64,000 bases of DNA from NCBI RefSeq assembly GCF_032444005.1, contig NC_091286.1:46748001-46812000 (forward strand), read 5' to 3'. Positions 59,496 through 64,000 of the stretch are shown here, piece after piece (the first letter of the stretch is position 1; the number at the start of each line of letters is the position of its first letter). The position numbers and the translations under genes were made by a program. This DNA comes from Ranitomeya imitator. Taxonomy: Eukaryota. The notes under the pieces are model-generated. The model had not been told where the DNA came from. It saw nothing but the letters and a program-made list of their open reading frames with translations, and made no database searches.

Positions 59496-61063
59496 CACTG
59501 CTCAAAAAAATAAAGGGAACACTTAAACAGCAGAATATAACTCCAAGTAAATCAAACTTCTGTGAAATCAAACTGTCCACTTTGGAAGCAATACTGATTG
59601 ACAATCAATGTCACATGCTGTTGTGCAAATGGAATAGACAACAGATGGAATTTATTGGCAATTATCAAGACACACTCAGTAAAAGAGTGGTTCTGCAGGT
59701 GGGGACCACAGACCACATCTCAGTACCAATGCTTTCTGGCTGATGTTTTGGTCACTTTTGAATGTTGGTTGTGCTTTCACACTTGTGGTAGCATGAGACG
59801 GACTCTACAACCCACACAAGTGGCTCAGGTAGTGCAGCTCATCCAGGATGACACATCAATGCGAGCTGTGGCAAGAAGGTTTGCTCTGTCAGCGTAGTGT
59901 CCAGAGGCTGGAGGCGCTACCAGGAGACAGGCCAGTACACCAGGAGACATGGAGGGGGCCGTAGGAGGGCAACAACCCAGCACCAGAACCGCTACCTCAG
60001 CCTTTGTGCAAGGAGGAACAGGAGGAGCACTGCCAGAGCCCTGCAAAATGACCTCCAGCAGGCCACAAATGTGCATATGTCTGCACAAACAGAAACCGAC
60101 TCCATGAGGATGGTCTGAGGGCCCGACGTCCACAGATGGGGGTTGTGCTTACAGCCCAACTCCTTGTAGGATGCTTGGCATTTGCTGCAGAACACCAGGA
60201 TTGGCAAATTTGCCACTGGCGCCCAGTGCTCTTCACGGATGAAAGCAGGTTCACACTGAGCACATGTGACAGACGTGACAGAGTCTGGAGACATCGTGGA
60301 GAGCGATCTGCTGCCTGAAATATCCTTCAGCATGACCGGTTTGGCAGTGGGTCAGTAATGGTGTGGGGTAGCATTTCTTTGGAGGGCCGCACAGCCCTCC
60401 ATGTGCTCACCAGAGGTAGCCTGACTGCCATTAGATACCGAGATGAGATCCTCAGACCCCTTGTGAGACCATATGCTGGTGCGGTTGGCCCTGGGTTCCT
60501 CCTAATGCAGGGCAATGCCAGACCTCATGTGATTGGAGTGTGTCAGCAGTTTCTGAAAGATGAAGGCATTGAAGCTATGGACTGCCCCGCCCATTCCCCA
60601 GACCTGAATCCGATGGACCACATCTGGACATCATGTCTCGCTCCATCCACCAACGTCACCACAGACTGTCTAGGAGTTGGCATATGCTTTAGTCCAGGTC
60701 TGGGAGGAGATTCCTCAGGAGACCATCCGCCGCCTCATCAGGAGCATGCCCAGGCGTTATACAGTAAGGAGGTCATACAGGCACCTAGAGGCCACACACA
60801 ATGCTGAGCATTATTTCCTTGTCTTGCAGCATTTCCACTGAAGTTGGATCAGCCTGTAATTTGCTTTTCCACTTTGATTTTGAGTATCATTTCAAATCCA
60901 GACCTCCATGGGATATTCATTTTGATTTACATTGATAATTGTTATGTTTTATTGTTCTGAATACATTCCACTATGCTGTGAATAAAAATTTGCAACAGGA
61001 ATATTTCATTCAGAGATATCTAGGATGTGGTATTTTAGTGTTCGCTTTATGTTTTGAGCAGTG
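59496..61063 (+). mobile_element. Near-full-length Tc1 transposon (1568 bp) with inactivated transposase
   Basis: TA on both sides; TIR CACTGCTCAAAAAAATAAAGGGAACACT / AGTGTTCGCTTTATGTTTTGAGCAGTG; transposase from ATG 59793 is frameshifted; VLFTDESRF, LMQGNARPH, SPDLNPMDHIW. Confidence 0.93.
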
Positions 61064-61175
61064 TATGTTTGCAGCATTTGAATCTCTTGTTTTTCTGATC
61101 TAGAGCCTGAATCCCTAGTGAGACATAGCATTCTAATTGCATAAAGTGGCCACTAGGTGGCGCTTAAAAGCTTAA

Positions 61176-61486
61176 AGGGACTCTGTCACCTGAATTTGGA
61201 GGGAACAATTTTCAGCCATAGAGGCGGGGTTTTGATTCACCCTTTCCTTACCCGCTGGCTGCATGCTGGCTGCAATATTGGATTGAAGTTCATTCTCTGT
61301 CCTCCGTAGTACATGCCTGCACAAGGTAATCTTGCCTTGCGCAGGCGTGTACTATGGAGGACAGAGAATGAACTTCAATCCAATATTGCAGCCAGCATGC
61401 AGCCAGCGGGTAAGGAAAGGGTGAATCAAAAACCCCGCCCCTATGGCTGAAAATTGTTCCCTCCAAATTCAGGTGACAGAGTCCCT
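61176..61486. mobile_element. TTAA-target palindromic MITE, 311 bp
   Basis: TTAA TSD; near-identical to 47386..47704. Confidence 0.92.
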
Positions 61487-61490
61487 TTAA

Positions 61491-61985
61491 CCCCTTTCCG
61501 ACGTTGGGCATAATAGTACTCCCACGTCGGACACCCTTCTTTTGATGTGGGCTCCGGCGGTGAGCCCACATCTTTCCTGGGACATGTCAGCTGTTTTGAA
61601 CAGCTGACAAGTACCCACAATAGCCACGGGTGGAATCACGATCCACCGTGGCTATTAACCCTTTAAATGCTGCTGTCAATCTCTGACAGCAGCATTTAAC
61701 AAGCGCTTCCAGCAATCGCGCCAGAAATCCGCCCACCAGTGACCCCGTCACATGATCGCGGGTCACCGGTGGGTTGGCATGACAACCAGAGGTCTCCTGG
61801 AGACCTCTATGGTTGTCATTGCCGGCTCTTGCTGTGAGCGCCGCCCAGTGGTCGGCGCTCATAGCAAGTGAGTAATTCAGCTACATATAGGCTATCTGAT
61901 CATTGCCTGTATGTAGCTGAGCCGGTGGGATTATGGCAGCTTCTAGCCTCCTATGGAGACTATTGAAGCATGCCAAAAGAAAAAA
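61491..61985 (+). mobile_element. One end of a piggyBac-like non-autonomous element (TTAA-CCCCTT terminus)
   Basis: Starts CCCCTTTCCGACG right after TTAA; no partner end seen before the (TA)n run. Confidence 0.5.
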
Positions 61986-61989
61986 AATG

Positions 61990-61993
<4 letters not shown>

Positions 61994-62059
<66 letters not shown>
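61994..62059. repeat. (TA)33 microsatellite
   Basis: Directly visible. Confidence 0.97.
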
Positions 62060-62063
<4 letters not shown>

Positions 62064-62309
62064 GGTGCCAAGGGGAGAAGTACTAGAAAACAGATATGTT
62101 TCTCCCCGTTTCATTTCATATGTATCACGGTATTGATTGTGAAGCTGTTTATTTCTCTGTAATCCGGTCCTGGTTTCTTTAGTGATCAGCCTGAAAGCTC
62201 TGGTGCTTCCCTTCCACACATACGATCCAGCTTTTGCTTCAGCTGATATAATCAAGGAACTGCTGGGATCTCAGTCTCTCATCTGCTGGTCTGGGAGCTG
62301 ACACAGTAA

Positions 62310-63021
62310 AGGTACCGTTACACTAAGCGACGCTGCAGCGATACCGACAACGATCCGGATCGCTGCAGCGTCGCTGTTTGGTCGCTGGAGAGCTGTCACA
62401 CAGACCGCTCTCCAGCGACCAACGATCCCGAAGTCCCCGGTAACCAGGGTAAACATCGGGTAACTAAGCGCAGGGCCGCGCTTAGTAACCCGATGTTTAC
62501 CCTGGTTACCATCCTAAAAGTAAAAAAACAAACACTACATACTTACCTTCAGCTGTCTGTCCCCGGCGCTGTGCTTCTCTGCTCTGGCTGTGAGCGCCGG
62601 GCAGCCGGAAAGCAGAGCGGTGACGTCACCGCGCTGCTTTCCGGCCACTGTGCTCACAGCCAGAGCAGAGAAGCCCAGCACCGGGGACAGACAGCGGTAG
62701 GTAAGTATGTAGCGTTTGTTTTTTTACTTTTAGGATGGTAACCAGGGTAAACATCGGGTTACTAAGCGCGGCCCTGCGCTTAGTTACCCGATGTTTACCC
62801 TGGTTACCAGCGAAGACATCGCTGAATCGGTGTCACACACGTCGATTCAGCAATGTCTACGGGGAGTCCAGCGACCAAATAAAGTTCTGGACTTTCTTCC
62901 CCGACCAGCGACAGCACAGCAGGGGCCTGATCGCTGCTGCCTGTCACACTGGACGATATCGCTAGCGAGGACGCTGCAACGTCACGGATCGCTAGCGATA
63001 TCGTCTAGTGTGACGGTACCT
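62310..63021. mobile_element. AGGTACC-family Harbinger-like MITE, 712 bp
   Basis: TIR AGGTACCGTTACACTA / TAGTGTGACGGTACCT; TAA on both sides; two internal long hairpins. Confidence 0.9.
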
Positions 63022-63269
63022 TAAGGTTGCACAAACTTCTTTCTTGTAGTATAGGTTTATTTTGCAGTTAGTATCTTGTTGTTAGTTAGTGGCCAGACGG
63101 CCTTAGACATTTTATTTCATGTTTGGCACGTGTAACATTGTACGGCAAATGTGTACAATAAATACGGCGCGCGAATTTTTGCCTGTAGGACATTATTGCA
63201 AGAGAGGTTGGCTGAGTAGATTACACAAGAAGGAAAACACACAGCAAGTCAGCAGGATCTAGGAGCAAC

Positions 63270-64000
63270 ATGGCAGATGTGACAACCTACATGGTGAGCT
63301 GCAGCATGTGCTACATGTTCACAGATCGACCAGAAGAAGAATCCAATTTCACCTGTCAGAAGTGTAGACTAGTGGCCCTTTTAGAAGAAAAGGTGCGGGG
63401 TCTGGAAGAAAGAATAGCAACTTTGAAACTCATCAAAGAGAATGAAGACTTTCTAGACAGAACAGAAGCATCTCTACTGGTCACAGAAGGTGCAAAAAGT
63501 GTCAGAGAACCTCCAAAAGCAGATGAGTGGAAGCATGTGACCAAAAGAAGCAAGAAGACCATGGAGAAATCACCAACCACACAACTGAAGAACCGATATC
63601 AAATCTTTGTAGAGGATGAAGATGGCACACCTAAGAATGAAGCAATACCAGCAAGCAAAAAAGAAAAGGGCACACAGCAACAAGTGACAGCAAAAAGTAC
63701 AGCCAAGAAGCAACGAAGAGTGGTGGTGGTGGGAGACTCACTACTGAGAGGCACAGAAGCAGCCATCTGCAGACCGGACATAACTGCAAGAGAAGTATGC
63801 TGCCTTCCAGGTGCGATGATCAAGGATGTGACCGATAGGATACCAAAGCTCTTCAGCTCCAAGGACGTCCACCCATTTCTTCTGATACATGTTGGCACCA
63901 ATGACACGGCAAGGAAGGACCTACCGACAATCTGCAAGGACTTTGAAGAGTTGGGGAAGAAAGTAAAGGAACTGGATGCACAGGTAGTTTTTTCTTCTAT
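63270..64000 (+). mobile_element. CR1 LINE ORF1 (zinc finger, coiled coil, SGNH/GDSL esterase); open to the window end
   Basis: ATG 63270, 243 codons without a stop: CSMC...CQKC, heptad LEEKVRGLEERIATL, VVVVGDSLLRG, CCLPGA, IHVGTND. Confidence 0.92.

Noticed and set aside
47386-61486. GCH gene as cargo of a composite transposon or as a retrocopy (same MITE family and Tc1 relics on both sides)
   Set aside because: Each MITE has its own TTAA TSD, the family is abundant, and the gene retains all five ancestral introns; paralogous synteny is a simpler explanation.
59003-64000. SOCS5, expected after CRIPT by human synteny
   Set aside because: No SH2 or SOCS-box coding sequence seen; presumably beyond the window, so not called.

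Overview
Vertebrate (anuran-type) genomic DNA, very rich in transposable elements, with two assembly gaps and no prokaryotic features. I reconstructed four intron-containing genes by hand from splice sites and translation. (1) The last three coding exons of RHOQ/TC10 (+). (2) A complete PIGF (-, 5 coding exons, 219 aa). (3) A complete CRIPT (+, 5 exons, 101 aa), head-to-head with PIGF. (4) An intact six-exon GTP cyclohydrolase I paralogue (-, 226 aa) right after CRIPT, where the human RHOQ-PIGF-CRIPT-SOCS5 block has no such gene; most likely the gch2-type paralogue linked to pteridine pigment. This gene is the most interesting item: it has Glu at the position of the human regulatory phosphosite Ser81, a compact TATA/CCAAT/CRE-like/M-box promoter, a 2.6-kb hAT insertion with a perfect 8-bp TSD in intron 2, and a 2.7-kb minisatellite in intron 3. 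The rest is a mobile-element mosaic: two CR1 LINE pieces with open frames at the window edges, a non-autonomous Helitron, Tc1 copies, an L2 3' end, a SINE, many TTAA-, TWA- and 8-bp-TSD MITEs, and several minisatellites. Most long ORFs in the supplied track are repeat or antisense artefacts. Comparisons to human or fish proteins are from memory, not database searches.
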